From Candidatus Woesearchaeota archaeon (GTDB lineage: Archaea > Nanobdellota > Nanobdellia > Woesearchaeales > JABIAG01): 64,000 nt of DNA. A program made the position numbers and the translations under genes. The notes under the pieces are model-generated. The model saw only the letters and a list, made by a program, of their open reading frames with translations. It did not search any database and was not told the origin of the DNA. The stretch covers positions 326,951 to 390,950 of the forward strand of contig JABIAG010000001.1 of the NCBI GenBank assembly GCA_018653365.1, written 5' to 3'. Shown piece after piece: positions 9,627 through 20,218 of the stretch (its first letter is position 1; each line of letters opens with the position of its first letter).

Positions 9627-10253
9627 ATGGTATCTGTTTTACGAGAATCTATTGGGGCTTTAGATAATATTGGATTCTTAAACGTACTATTGCCTTTCAT
9701 ATTTGTATATTTGATTGTGTTTGCTTTATTAGAAAAAACTAAAGTACTGGGAATAGAGAGAAATGGAAAATCAAAGAAAAATCTTAACGCAATGGTGTCA
9801 TTTGTACTGGGATTTGTATTTATTGCATCTACATCTCATGTAGTTAGTTTACTGCTTTACTTACAAATATTGGGAATGGCATTAGTGTTTGTAATGGCAT
9901 TACTTTATGGATTTGCAGCATTTAAGGAAGACAAGGCGTTTGAATTCAAAAATTTCATTTATGTAGTTGTGTTAATCTTCATAATTGTCGCATTCTTTTA
10001 TGCAATGGGCTTCCTTAACAACGCAAAATGGGATTTTGTACTAGAATTAATATTTAACCCAGTAGTTATTACTGTTGTTTGTTTTTATCTAATAATCATG
10101 TTCGTAACTGGTGGTGGGAAGAAGAAGGCGGGTACGCGTGGTGCAACAAGCAGTAAAACAGAAAAAGGTTATGTTGAAAGTATTGGTGAGAAAAAAGAAG
10201 AAGTTGATCATGCAGCTAGGGGTTCAGACTCTTCGGATGAAGAATCCTCTTGA
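9627..10253 (+). CDS. polytopic membrane protein with an acidic Ser/Asp/Glu C-terminal tail
   Basis: About 5 predicted TM helices. C-terminus ...ARGSDSSDEESS. Confidence 0.45.
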   Translation: MVSVLRESIGALDNIGFLNVLLPFIFVYLIVFALLEKTKVLGIERNGKSKKNLNAMVSFVLGFVFIASTSHVVSLLLYLQILGMALVFVMALLYGFAAFKEDKAFEFKNFIYVVVLIFIIVAFFYAMGFLNNAKWDFVLELIFNPVVITVVCFYLIIMFVTGGGKKKAGTRGATSSKTEKGYVESIGEKKEEVDHAARGSDSSDEESS

Positions 10254-11317
10254 GGTTCGGTTTCCGCAGGTTCTTCTGCTGGAAAGTCTATTGGTTCTGG
10301 AGCTTCGGGATTATCTTGGGGTGTTTCTTGGGGGGCTTGATTTTGTTGTAATTGGGCTTGTTGATCCATAAAACTATCCCAATGATCTTTACTGAATGCA
10401 ATTACTGGCTTACCATCTGTGGTTTGAAGTCTTTGGCTTGGAAGCGGAAAGCTCAAACATTTTTTGATATTTTCTGGAGTGTCATGGAAAGCAACAAATT
10501 TTTCTCCATTCTGGCCAGGTAATACGAATGGTCTGGATTTATCTTCATTAAATTCTTCTGGAGCTAAACGTTCTGCCTCTTCGTAAATCTTGCTAACAGA
10601 AACCTCGTAGATGGTATCTTTTGCTCCTTCGTGTAGTATAAAATATGCTGAACCTCGTTTTTGTTGAGTATAAGAACGTACTGTAGTTATGCCATCTTCG
10701 TTAGTGGTCTGGGGTTTGTGAGCATGACCACATAAGTTAATTAAGGGACGTTTAGCTGCCCGAGCTTTTGCTTTCTTATTTAATTTAGAATTGTAACTTG
10801 TTTTACCTGCACAACTTTCAGGGGTAATACCTTCGTGAGTAACAATCCAATCTGCCTTGTTTAATTTATCATCGAGAGTGGCTTCTCTTTCTTTAATTGT
10901 GCTATGTCTGTCTTCTTTTCGATTAAACACATTTCCAGATGAATGAGATATACCATAAACATTTCGACCATTGATTCTGTATGTTTTATCTTCTGCATCA
11001 AGAAAGGTCATGTTGGTAATCACTTCTCTTGCTTCGGGACAGTCGTTATTTCCTAAAACGCCATAAACCTCGGCGTCAAATTTACCTAGTTCTTCATTTA
11101 TTGCTTCATATTTTGGTCGACGTGAATCTATTGCTTCTGCAGGATCTAAAACTCCCTGTTGTACGCCCATAAATGCTTCGTCTTTACTTGAGAAATTACC
11201 ACCATGAATGACTGTGTGTTTGCCTTTGGATATCTTGTTAATGTGGTTACTAACTATTCTATACCTTTCTAAGAATCCACTGTCGTGATCGTCGGAAATA
11301 AATCCAGTGATGGCCAT
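10208..11317 (-). CDS. calcineurin-like metallophosphoesterase
   Basis: Motifs DDHDSG, GNNDCPE, GHAHKPQ. Acidic Pro/Glu-rich C-terminal tail. Confidence 0.6.
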   Translation of the reverse strand: MAITGFISDDHDSGFLERYRIVSNHINKISKGKHTVIHGGNFSSKDEAFMGVQQGVLDPAEAIDSRRPKYEAINEELGKFDAEVYGVLGNNDCPEAREVITNMTFLDAEDKTYRINGRNVYGISHSSGNVFNRKEDRHSTIKEREATLDDKLNKADWIVTHEGITPESCAGKTSYNSKLNKKAKARAAKRPLINLCGHAHKPQTTNEDGITTVRSYTQQKRGSAYFILHEGAKDTIYEVSVSKIYEEAERLAPEEFNEDKSRPFVLPGQNGEKFVAFHDTPENIKKCLSFPLPSQRLQTTDGKPVIAFSKDHWDSFMDQQAQLQQNQAPQETPQDNPEAPEPIDFPAEEPAETEPQEDSSSEESEPLAA

Positions 11318-11415
11318 GTGCTTAGTGACGTAGAACTAATATATAAATGTTTTGATTCTGTTGTCACTTTCAAGTAGTTATGCGAAAGATTTAAATAGTA
11401 ATCTGTGTTAATTCG

Positions 11416-12051
11416 TTGGATATGTTATACCTGGCAGTGAGACACGAAGGAAAAGAAGTTGGAAGAAGAGAGCTTGCTGAGAGAGTTATGATAAGTATGC
11501 GTGAAGGCGCAGCTTCTAGTGTAGGGGAATGTGTAAATGAATCTGACCGGTTGATTTTACCTTACGATCAACATGTGGGGGTATTAACACATGCATTAAT
11601 TGGGGTTGTAATTCCGAAAAAAGATGTTGCTTCTTTTATGCCTATGTTTGATGTTAAAACAATTCCTTTGCGTGTAGGTTATGAAAGAGTTAACGGAACT
11701 AACGTGAGAAATGTGGGAAATAATTGGGTGGCTTTAGATGGAAACGATACTATTGTTATGAGTGTGAAAGGAAAGCATCAAAGGACTTTGGTGAATGTTT
11801 TTGATTGGGATTTTATTCTGAATTATGAACCAGATCCCTTGCCGTTGGTTGTTGAAACACCAGCTTCATCAGAAACACAACACATGGATATTTCTGAATT
11901 GGGACTAGAAGTTAGACAACCTGTGGGAGATTCTCCTATGTCTAGAACACGACGAATGAATGTTGAAGATTTTAAATCTAAACCGCATATCTCAAGATGG
12001 CAGCGACTTTGCCAATATCTTTCAACTGTGCACCTTCCCGGGTCTCGGTAG
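11416..12051 (+). CDS. hypothetical protein (composition-atypical)
   Basis: 211-aa ORF. The 3' end converges on and overlaps aRF1 by about 74 nt. No motif recognised. Confidence 0.3.
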   Translation: MDMLYLAVRHEGKEVGRRELAERVMISMREGAASSVGECVNESDRLILPYDQHVGVLTHALIGVVIPKKDVASFMPMFDVKTIPLRVGYERVNGTNVRNVGNNWVALDGNDTIVMSVKGKHQRTLVNVFDWDFILNYEPDPLPLVVETPASSETQHMDISELGLEVRQPVGDSPMSRTRRMNVEDFKSKPHISRWQRLCQYLSTVHLPGSR

Positions 12052-13072
12052 AAATAATTTTGATTTCAGAAGACATCTTTTCTGCCTCAGCCTCAAACTT
12101 ATCAATTAATTCATCACTTAATTCTTCAGAAAGTAAAAGTGTATCAACTGCACCCATGCGAATTTTTTCTAAAACGTCATTTTCACCATAAGCTGTTTTA
12201 TCTGGTTCTTTAGCTAAAATATCAAAAAAATTTTGCATAATTTTTTTCTCTGTAGCTACCTCTGTTTCAGCTAGAATGTCTGCGGACTTTTCTAATAACT
12301 CTTGTAACCCGAACTCTCCAGTATAACTTAAATCTTTTATGGCAATGATTTTTTTCTTAACTTCATTAGTAATATAATTTCCATCAACAAAAGTGTACTT
12401 GGTCGGACCGGGACCACCAACAATGATTCCCTTAAGATTCTCCATCATAAGAAATTGTTCTTTAACATACTCACCAACTTTATTATAATGATCTTTAGCA
12501 GCACCCTCTCTTAATCGAGCAAAACGTTGTGCACTCTGACCTCCTGCTCTAAACTTTCCTGGAACTTCTGAATGTGTTTTCATTAAAGGAATGATTGTTT
12601 TACCTTTTAGTAAAGCAATAATTGCATCTCTCCTATCCATAATAATCATGCCGTACACTTCTTTAATTTGTAATTGTTCTAATAGGGGTTCAAGAATGAA
12701 TGTTTTATCACATCGATAAATTTTAGTTTTTAGGGGTGTTGGAGGTTCAATACTCCAAACTTGTAAATCTTGTTGACCCTCTTTTTTTGAAACATTACCT
12801 GAAAAAGCAGCTAATCCATGTTCAGGGGTGCGCTTGTAAAGTTTAAGATGTTGAAGCATTCTTTCCAGGGCATCAATAACATTTTTTCTATTAGTGGCAG
12901 ACTTAATATTAACGGCAGTTCCTTGTTCTTGAGATAATTGTTGGTTTATTTTATTAATATCATAACCTGCAGGAATGTAAACTGTAACTAATTCAGTATG
13001 GCGCCCTCTATGTGAACCTAATTCCTTAATTAATTTTTTCAGTTTATGCTTTTGTTGAGCATCAATTGCCAT
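11978..13072 (-). CDS. prf1: peptide chain release factor aRF1
   Basis: NIKS motif (TAVNIKSATNR) and GGQ motif (RAGGQSAQRF). The likely start is the internal Met (MAIDAQQKHKL...) at 13072 rather than the ORF-track start at 13138. Confidence 0.85.
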   Translation of the reverse strand: MAIDAQQKHKLKKLIKELGSHRGRHTELVTVYIPAGYDINKINQQLSQEQGTAVNIKSATNRKNVIDALERMLQHLKLYKRTPEHGLAAFSGNVSKKEGQQDLQVWSIEPPTPLKTKIYRCDKTFILEPLLEQLQIKEVYGMIIMDRRDAIIALLKGKTIIPLMKTHSEVPGKFRAGGQSAQRFARLREGAAKDHYNKVGEYVKEQFLMMENLKGIIVGGPGPTKYTFVDGNYITNEVKKKIIAIKDLSYTGEFGLQELLEKSADILAETEVATEKKIMQNFFDILAKEPDKTAYGENDVLEKIRMGAVDTLLLSEELSDELIDKFEAEAEKMSSEIKIISTETREGAQLKDIGKVAAILRYAV

Positions 13073-13106
13073 ACTGATTAGTGTAAGAAATGGGTTTATA
13101 AACATT

Positions 13107-13808
13107 GTGGTTAAAAACGGATTGTTTTTTCGATACATTTATATTGTGTTTGTACTAAAAATTAGTATGAATAAAAAAGAGAGGTGGATAATTTATTCAG
13201 GTTTTATCTTAGTTTATTTAATTTTCTTATGTTTTAATATTAGTGTGACATCTCAGTGGTGGATAGATAATGTTATGACAATTGCGATTCTTACTTTAGT
13301 AATACTAATAATTGAAAAGTTAGAGTTTGGACGAGTTGAATTCTGGTTATTCAATCTGGCATTCTTAGTTCATAATTTGGGAACATTTGGATTTTATGAA
13401 TTTCAGTGGGGGATCATAGCATATGATAATTTAACACACTTATTTGGTTCAATTGTTGCAGCATATATTGTATTCAATTTTGTATCTAAAAGACTAAAAC
13501 TAAAGTTAAAATTAAAAAAATCCTTCACGGGTGAATACAAAGTTATATTATTATTTTTAGTTATAGCATCGGTTGCAATGTTGGGAGTTGGAGTGGAGCT
13601 AATGGAATTCTTTGGATATAATTACCTTGGTCTAGGAGATGGAATCCTATTTGTGGGTTCAGGAGATTCAACTAGTGGAAATGCAGGACAATATCTTGAT
13701 ACGATGGGGGATATAATCATGAACACAATAGGGTCTTTTATAGGGGCGTTTATTTATTTAGGAGTTAAGAAAAAAAGCTTTTTGAATAGAGCGGGAGCGT
13801 TATTTTAG
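13107..13808 (+). CDS. polytopic membrane protein, hypothetical
   Basis: Multiple hydrophobic helices. Host-like K/I/F-rich composition. Confidence 0.4.
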   Translation: MVKNGLFFRYIYIVFVLKISMNKKERWIIYSGFILVYLIFLCFNISVTSQWWIDNVMTIAILTLVILIIEKLEFGRVEFWLFNLAFLVHNLGTFGFYEFQWGIIAYDNLTHLFGSIVAAYIVFNFVSKRLKLKLKLKKSFTGEYKVILLFLVIASVAMLGVGVELMEFFGYNYLGLGDGILFVGSGDSTSGNAGQYLDTMGDIIMNTIGSFIGAFIYLGVKKKSFLNRAGALF

Positions 13809-13866
13809 CATTCTAAACATAATTTACTACACAAATATTTATAAACTATTTTTTTAGAAAATAAGT

Positions 13867-14400
13867 ATGATAGGAACGAAAGAACTTCTAAGATTAGTAA
13901 AGGAGTGTAAATTAGTAGATGGGTTGTGTGATAGAGAGTTGAATAACCCAGAAGGTTCCGGATTTGATCTAAGAGTGGGAGAGGTATTTCAAATTAAAAA
14001 AGGTGAAGCATTTCTTGGAGAGGTAGATCGAAGTACACCTGATGTTAAATCAATAGCAAAATATGGAAAAGAAAAAGGAATTGTACTGAAGCCAGGAGAT
14101 TATGTATTAGTAAAAACAATAGAAACAGTAAATTTTCCAGAAAACATATCAGCAATATGCAGACCACGTACAACTTTACAACGAAGTGGAGTTATGCTAA
14201 TAACTGGAGCAACCGACCCAGGGTATTGCGGCGAGTTAACTTTTGCAATGTGCAATATGGGTAAATGTGATTTTAAATTAGAATTAGGGGCAAGAATAGT
14301 AAGAATGTTATTTTTTGAGGTAAGCGAAGTAGTTTCACAATATCGAGGACAATGGAAAGGTGGAAGAGTAAGTACTGGTGGAAAAGAAAAACAAGTTTAA
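13867..14400 (+). CDS. dcd: dCTP deaminase / dUTPase-family protein
   Basis: 177 aa. ITGATDPGYCGELTF motif, typical of Dcd/Dut beta-barrel enzymes. Confidence 0.75.
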   Translation: MIGTKELLRLVKECKLVDGLCDRELNNPEGSGFDLRVGEVFQIKKGEAFLGEVDRSTPDVKSIAKYGKEKGIVLKPGDYVLVKTIETVNFPENISAICRPRTTLQRSGVMLITGATDPGYCGELTFAMCNMGKCDFKLELGARIVRMLFFEVSEVVSQYRGQWKGGRVSTGGKEKQV

Positions 14401-15122
14401 ACTTTTTCTGCAATAAACACAATATATGGAGATAAAAATCTGGTTTTGATTTTAGTTTTGACTTTTTTTCCAATGAACTTTAAAATGTTAAAAAACATTT
14501 TTTGAAAATTATTAGAGAGGTTAGATAACCCCCATACTTTAAACAATCTTCCAGAATAATCCAGGTGTAAAACTTTGAGATTATATTCTTTAGATATTTT
14601 TTTATAATAAGATAAGCTCATTGTAGTAAGGTTGTGCTCTTTAAGCCGTTTCTTATCTAGAATGAAAAGAATCAAATATCTTAAATAACGAAAGTTTGGA
14701 ACAGTTATTATTAATTTTCCACCTTTCTTTAACAAGTCAATATGTTTTCTTATTACTTCCTTATTTGTTTTACCACTAAAGTGTTCAACAAAACCAAATG
14801 AACAAACCAAATCATATTTTTTATTGTTATTCCACTCTAAAAAGTTAGCTTCATGAATAGTACTTGTTTTTATTCCATTAGCACTAAGGGTTTTGTTAAC
14901 AATTGCTTTAGTGTCTTTTACATAATCAACACCTTCAGCAGAATACTGAAAAGTTTTACAAATATACGCTAAAAAAGAGCCTGGAACACACCCAATTTCT
15001 AAACAGGTCTTGTTTTCAACAGGAGTTAAATATTTATGAAAAATATCAGAAAAAACCACGGAATTAATCTCGCCTTTGCTTTTACGACCTTCCCAACCGC
15101 TTTTCGAACTTATCTGCGACAT
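14397..15122 (-). CDS. class I SAM-dependent methyltransferase
   Basis: LEIGCVPGSF (motif I) and a downstream acidic motif II. Confidence 0.6.
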   Translation of the reverse strand: MSQISSKSGWEGRKSKGEINSVVFSDIFHKYLTPVENKTCLEIGCVPGSFLAYICKTFQYSAEGVDYVKDTKAIVNKTLSANGIKTSTIHEANFLEWNNNKKYDLVCSFGFVEHFSGKTNKEVIRKHIDLLKKGGKLIITVPNFRYLRYLILFILDKKRLKEHNLTTMSLSYYKKISKEYNLKVLHLDYSGRLFKVWGLSNLSNNFQKMFFNILKFIGKKVKTKIKTRFLSPYIVFIAEKV

Positions 15123-15313
15123 TATCTTTCTTCTACAACTAACACAAAATCTACTTTAGCTGTTGCTCCCATAAGTTGAAAAGTGGGTTTAACATTCGGA
15201 ATCACGGCAAGAATCTTTCCATCAAGCCTATTTAAAAATTGTTCCAACTTATCCTGCATATTATCGCTCTTAACATCTAGGCGATGAACTTTGTATTTCA
15301 TTTTTTCTTTCAT
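15122..15313 (-). CDS. small hypothetical protein (63 aa), apparently translationally coupled to the methyltransferase
   Basis: ORF with a 1-nt overlap with the downstream gene. Confidence 0.3.
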   Translation of the reverse strand: MKEKMKYKVHRLDVKSDNMQDKLEQFLNRLDGKILAVIPNVKPTFQLMGATAKVDFVLVVEER

Positions 15314-15417
15314 ACATCACATATTAAAACTTTAGTATTTAAAACTTTCTTTATGAATCAAAACAAGTTTAGTTAAACAAAAAATTTATAGGTAATTAAA
15401 ACACAATTATTTTAGAG

Positions 15418-15846
15418 GTGAGAAAAATGAAAAAAATATTTTTAATAACTTTGGTTATAGCAATAGTTTTCATAGCTGGATGTGCAGTTGAAGAACCTGC
15501 GAAACAAACAAGCTCTGAAGACACAGAAAGTACAACATATATGGACGTATCCCCGGTAAAAGCTAAAGAACTTATTGAAATGAATCCTGATTTAATAATA
15601 ATAGATGTGTCTTCAAATTATGACAGCGGACATCTGCCTGGAGCAGTAAATTATTATCTGGGAGATGGATCTTTAGATGATGTAATACCTACTCTAAACC
15701 CTGAAGCCGAATACTTGGTATACTGCCATGTAGACTCAGTAGCAATAGCAGGAGCACAAAAGCTTATCGATGCAGGATTTACAACAGTATACAGACTTGA
15801 AGGAAACTATGCAGCCTGGGTAAATGCAGGATATTTAATAGAATAA
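15418..15846 (+). CDS. secreted/lipoprotein rhodanese-like domain protein
   Basis: Signal peptide plus FIAGC lipobox. Candidate active-site Cys in LVYCHVDSVA. Confidence 0.5.
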   Translation: MRKMKKIFLITLVIAIVFIAGCAVEEPAKQTSSEDTESTTYMDVSPVKAKELIEMNPDLIIIDVSSNYDSGHLPGAVNYYLGDGSLDDVIPTLNPEAEYLVYCHVDSVAIAGAQKLIDAGFTTVYRLEGNYAAWVNAGYLIE

Positions 15847-15901
15847 ATTTTTTTATTTTTACTTTCTAAATATTTATAAAACACGCCAATACTATTTATT
15901 T

Positions 15902-17128
15902 ATGAAATTTGCACATTTAGCAGACTGCCATATTGGTGGATGGAGAGATGAACGATTAAAAGATCTGAATTTAACAGCTTTTGTCACATCAATAGATAAA
16001 TGTATTGAGAAAAAAGTTGATTTTATTCTAATAAGTGGAGATTTATTTAATACATCCATACCAGGAATAGATAAATTAAAAGAGTGTGTAAAATGTTTAC
16101 GTAAACTAAGACGACAACAAATTGCAGTTTACATAATTGCAGGTAGTCACGATTTCTCCCCTTCAGGAAAGACAATGCTAGATGTACTAGAAGAAGCAGG
16201 ACTGGTTAAAAATGTTGTAAGTGGCGAAGTTGTAGAAGATAAACTGAAGTTAAAGTTTACCATCGATGCTAAAACAGGAGCAAAAATTACAGGAATGTTA
16301 GGAAAAAAAGGAATGCTTGAAAAAAGTTATTACGAAAATCTAGAAGTTTCAAATTTAGAACAAGAAGAGGGATTCAAAATATTCATGTTTCACACAGCAA
16401 TAACCGAACTCAAAACAAAAGAGATGGAAAACATGGACTCTGCACCAATTTCATTATTACCTAAAGGATTTGACTATTATGCTGGAGGACACGTACATAT
16501 TGTTAATAAGTTCCATTTTGATGATTATAATCACGTCGTTTATCCAGGACCAACATTTCCCAACAATTTCGGAGAACTAGAAAAACTAAAAAAGGGGGGT
16601 TTTTATCTTTACGAAGATGGATTAATATCATATGAACCAATTTCTGTTTGTAACGTATTCTGCATAAAAAAAGACTGTACTGAAAAATCTCCTGAAGAAA
16701 TAGAGGCCGAACTAAGAAGGGAGGTGTTAGAAAAAACATTTGACAACACAATCGTGCTAATTCGACTAAAAGGAACGTTGAAAACAGGCAGGCCATCTGA
16801 TGTAAACCTTAATGAAATTATTAAATTACTTTATGACAAATCTGCATTATTTGTGATGAAAAATACTAACGCACTAGAATCAAAAGAGTTTGAAGAGGTA
16901 AAAGTACAAGAAAGTTCTGTAGAAAAAGTAGAAGCAAAACTAATCAAAGAACATCTGGGACAGAATAAAGATCTAGGACTGGATGTTGAAAAAGAAGAAG
17001 ATCTAACAAAAGAACTAATCCAAGCACTATCTGAAGAAAAACAGGAAGGTGAGAAGGTTTACGAATTTGAATCTAGAGTTAAGAAAAATGCGCGAAGTGT
17101 TATAGCAAAAGAAATATTTCAGAATTAA
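15902..17128 (+). CDS. Mre11/SbcD-like metallophosphoesterase nuclease
   Basis: Motifs HLADCHIGG, DFILISGDLF, AGSHD. No Rad50-like ATPase adjacent. Confidence 0.6.
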   Translation: MKFAHLADCHIGGWRDERLKDLNLTAFVTSIDKCIEKKVDFILISGDLFNTSIPGIDKLKECVKCLRKLRRQQIAVYIIAGSHDFSPSGKTMLDVLEEAGLVKNVVSGEVVEDKLKLKFTIDAKTGAKITGMLGKKGMLEKSYYENLEVSNLEQEEGFKIFMFHTAITELKTKEMENMDSAPISLLPKGFDYYAGGHVHIVNKFHFDDYNHVVYPGPTFPNNFGELEKLKKGGFYLYEDGLISYEPISVCNVFCIKKDCTEKSPEEIEAELRREVLEKTFDNTIVLIRLKGTLKTGRPSDVNLNEIIKLLYDKSALFVMKNTNALESKEFEEVKVQESSVEKVEAKLIKEHLGQNKDLGLDVEKEEDLTKELIQALSEEKQEGEKVYEFESRVKKNARSVIAKEIFQN

Positions 17129-17496
17129 CCTTGTTGGGCTAAGGAGGCAAGAGTTAACATGCCGGCAAGAGAACTTACTGTGCTTTCGAGAGCAGGCGAA
17201 AGACGTCTGAACGCAACTCCGCTTTTTTCACAAACCTCTGCTAAAACTTCTTCAGTTCTTGCCTTAGTTGGAGCGGAAACAGTAAGTAACAAAATGTTTC
17301 CCGTTTGTGGTAATCTAGTCATACTAACCATATAACCGTGTTGTTCTGTGCCTCGTCTAACACAACAACCGTTATATCTTGGAAATTGTCCGTCAAGCTC
17401 TTCAAAATTAGGCTCGTATCTAGCAAGAACAGTTCTAACATCTGTTGGGTCATCGGAAACTCTAATTCCTATATTCGGTATTGGCATGATTGTCAA
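17125..17496 (-). CDS. hypothetical protein (composition-atypical)
   Basis: 123-aa ORF. Convergent 4-nt overlap with the Mre11-like gene. Confidence 0.35.
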   Translation of the reverse strand: MTIMPIPNIGIRVSDDPTDVRTVLARYEPNFEELDGQFPRYNGCCVRRGTEQHGYMVSMTRLPQTGNILLLTVSAPTKARTEEVLAEVCEKSGVAFRRLSPALESTVSSLAGMLTLASLAQQG

Positions 17497-17519
17497 GAAT
17501 GATTGAGGGTTTAAAAAGC

Positions 17520-18917
17520 TTACTCAAGAAGTTCTTTAATAATTTTTTGTACCTCTGCAGGGTTGGCAGCACCTCGAGTTTTACGCATTACAACACCCAC
17601 AATAGCATGAAATGCTTTCTCATTACCTGATTTGTAATCTTCAACAGCCTTGGAAGACTCTTTAATTGCTTCTTCACATAGTGTTTTTAATTCGCCACTA
17701 TCTGAAACAGCATTTAATTTATTCTCTTTAACATAATCTTCAACATCAAAAGACTCTTCAATCAGTTTTTCTAAAATCTTTTGAGCAACATTTTCAGTAA
17801 TTGTTTTCTTCTCAATAAGTTTTAGTAAATTAATCAGTTGTACTTCATCAAGTTTAACCTCTTCCAATGATTTCTTGTTATAATTAAGTACTCTATTAAG
17901 TTCATGACGAATCCAACTAACAGCAAGCGTTGGAGAAACGTGTTCAACTGCCTTTTCAAACAATTCAGCCAACTCTTTTTCTTGAGATAATACTAAAGCA
18001 TCTTCTTCACGTATTTTATGTTTTTCAACAAATTTTAAAGCCTTATCTCTTGCTAATTCAGGAAGATCTTGTTTAATCTTATTAATTAATGAATCCTCAA
18101 TTTTAGTGGTGGTAAGATCGGGATCAATGATGTACCCATACTCTTCTTCTGTTTCTTTTTTTCTTAAAGAACGAGTAACGCCAGTTTCAGCATCCCATGC
18201 ACGTGTCTCTTGAACAACATCTTCACGTTTTTGTCTCTCAAGTTCATAATTTAGGGCACGTTCAATTTCTTTAAAACCAGTAATGTTCTTTATCTCTACT
18301 CTAGTGTAATCTTTCTCTTTAATTGAAATATTAGCATCTGCTTTTATGATACAATTATCTTGATCAAATATTTTTAAGTAATTTAGGACAGCAATTAATT
18401 GTTTCATAAAATCTCTTGCTTCATCAGGACTAGTAAGTTCGGGTTCAGTGACTACTTCACATAAAGGATTACCGCTTCTATTATAATCAATTAAAACAAA
18501 CTTAGAATCAACCATGCCATTAGGATGTACTAATGCGGCAGGATCTTCCTCCATATGAACTCTAGTAATTCCAATAGTTTTACCTGATTTAAGATGTAAT
18601 TTGCCTTTAATACCTAGAGGAATTTCATACTGAGAAATTTGATAATTCTTTGCAAGATCAGGATAAAAATATGACTTTCGACTAAATGTTAAATTTGATG
18701 AAATCTCACACTCTAGCGCCAAAGCAAGCTTTAAAGCATACTCTAATGCCGCTTTGTTAAGAACGGGTTTAGAGCCGGGCATTCCTAAACAGACTTCACA
18801 CGTTCTAGTATTAGGTTCTTCACTGCCCTGAGTAGGACAAGAACAAAATAGTTTAGTTTTAGTATTTAATTGAACATGAATTTCAAGTCCGATAACTATA
18901 TCCGAAGTGAAATTCAC
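17520..18917 (-). CDS. gatB: aspartyl/glutamyl-tRNA amidotransferase subunit B
   Basis: N-terminal IGLEIHVQL...LFCSC motif. C-terminal YqeY-like tail. Confidence 0.85.
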   Translation of the reverse strand: MNFTSDIVIGLEIHVQLNTKTKLFCSCPTQGSEEPNTRTCEVCLGMPGSKPVLNKAALEYALKLALALECEISSNLTFSRKSYFYPDLAKNYQISQYEIPLGIKGKLHLKSGKTIGITRVHMEEDPAALVHPNGMVDSKFVLIDYNRSGNPLCEVVTEPELTSPDEARDFMKQLIAVLNYLKIFDQDNCIIKADANISIKEKDYTRVEIKNITGFKEIERALNYELERQKREDVVQETRAWDAETGVTRSLRKKETEEEYGYIIDPDLTTTKIEDSLINKIKQDLPELARDKALKFVEKHKIREEDALVLSQEKELAELFEKAVEHVSPTLAVSWIRHELNRVLNYNKKSLEEVKLDEVQLINLLKLIEKKTITENVAQKILEKLIEESFDVEDYVKENKLNAVSDSGELKTLCEEAIKESSKAVEDYKSGNEKAFHAIVGVVMRKTRGAANPAEVQKIIKELLE

Positions 18918-20218
18918 TTTTCCACCTCACTAGCAACCTGAATTATTTTACTTTCTTGTAAATGATCTCCCATGATCATAAAACCAATTGGAAGTGTTTG
19001 TTCTCCAACAGGAATAGAAATGTGAGGAAGTCCAGCTAAATTAGGACCACAAACCAAAACATCCATCATATAATTTTGTAAAGGAGTAAGTTTTTTTACA
19101 TCTTCAATTTTAGGCGCAACATTAGGCATCGTAGGACTAACTAAAACATCATAATTCTTGAAAAGTTCTTTATACTCATTTATTATAAGCGTTCTTATCT
19201 TAGCAGCCTTGATGTAATATGCATCCCTAAATCCCGACATTCTAGCAAAAGTACCTAGAATAATTCTTCGTTTAGCTTCTTCATTAAAGTTTTCACTCCT
19301 AACTTTAGAAAAGTATTCATTAAAATTTCCTTCAGGTTTTTCTTCAGCACCATATCTTATTCCACATAATTTAGCTAAATTAGTTGAAGCCTCACACATG
19401 GCAATTAAGTAATAAACCGAAATTCCATATTTGAAAGTTAATGGAAGAGAGACTTCTTCAACAATTGCACCTTTATCTTTTAGTTTGTTAATTGTTAACT
19501 CGAATGCAGCTTTAACTTCAGATTCAATACCTTCTTGTAAAGACTCTTTTATGATCCCAATTTTTAATCCTTTGATATCTTTGTTCAAGAATTTAGTATA
19601 TTGATCAACAGGGGCATCAATAGATGTTGAATCTTTTTCATCATGTCCCGCAACAATTTCTAAAACTTCCGCACATTGTTTAACGGTTTTAGCAATAAGC
19701 CCTAATTTATCTAAACTATTACCATAATCAATCAAACCATATCTAGAAATTCTACCATACGTAGGAGTGAATCCAACAACACCACAATAAGCAGCAGGAC
19801 AGGCAATACTCCCTCCAGTAGATTCACCAAAAGAAACATGATCAAAATCAGCAAGTTTAGTTAAACAAGCAGAACCCCCCGAACTACCTCCTGTAACTCG
19901 GGTTTTGTCAATTGGGTTTAGGGGTTGACTAAAACCGATTCCTGTATTCATAGAAAAACTACCAAAACCAAAACAGTCTTGACTAGTCTTACCAATGATG
20001 GTTGCACCCTCATTTAAAACCTTTTGAACAGCAGTAGCATGAAATACTGGTTTGTACCCCTCTAACATTTTACTGCCAGCAGCACTTTCCATATCCTTAA
20101 CACAAATACTATCCTTAACAGATATTTTTAGACCTTTTAATTTACCTTCCTCTTTTTCTTGAAGATCTTGGATTATGTTAAAACAATGATACTCTTGATT
20201 TAATTGTTCAAGATTCAT
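18914..20218 (-). CDS. gatA: aspartyl/glutamyl-tRNA amidotransferase subunit A (amidase)
   Basis: Amidase signature GGSSGGSA. Confidence 0.85.
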   Translation of the reverse strand: MNLEQLNQEYHCFNIIQDLQEKEEGKLKGLKISVKDSICVKDMESAAGSKMLEGYKPVFHATAVQKVLNEGATIIGKTSQDCFGFGSFSMNTGIGFSQPLNPIDKTRVTGGSSGGSACLTKLADFDHVSFGESTGGSIACPAAYCGVVGFTPTYGRISRYGLIDYGNSLDKLGLIAKTVKQCAEVLEIVAGHDEKDSTSIDAPVDQYTKFLNKDIKGLKIGIIKESLQEGIESEVKAAFELTINKLKDKGAIVEEVSLPLTFKYGISVYYLIAMCEASTNLAKLCGIRYGAEEKPEGNFNEYFSKVRSENFNEEAKRRIILGTFARMSGFRDAYYIKAAKIRTLIINEYKELFKNYDVLVSPTMPNVAPKIEDVKKLTPLQNYMMDVLVCGPNLAGLPHISIPVGEQTLPIGFMIMGDHLQESKIIQVASEVEK

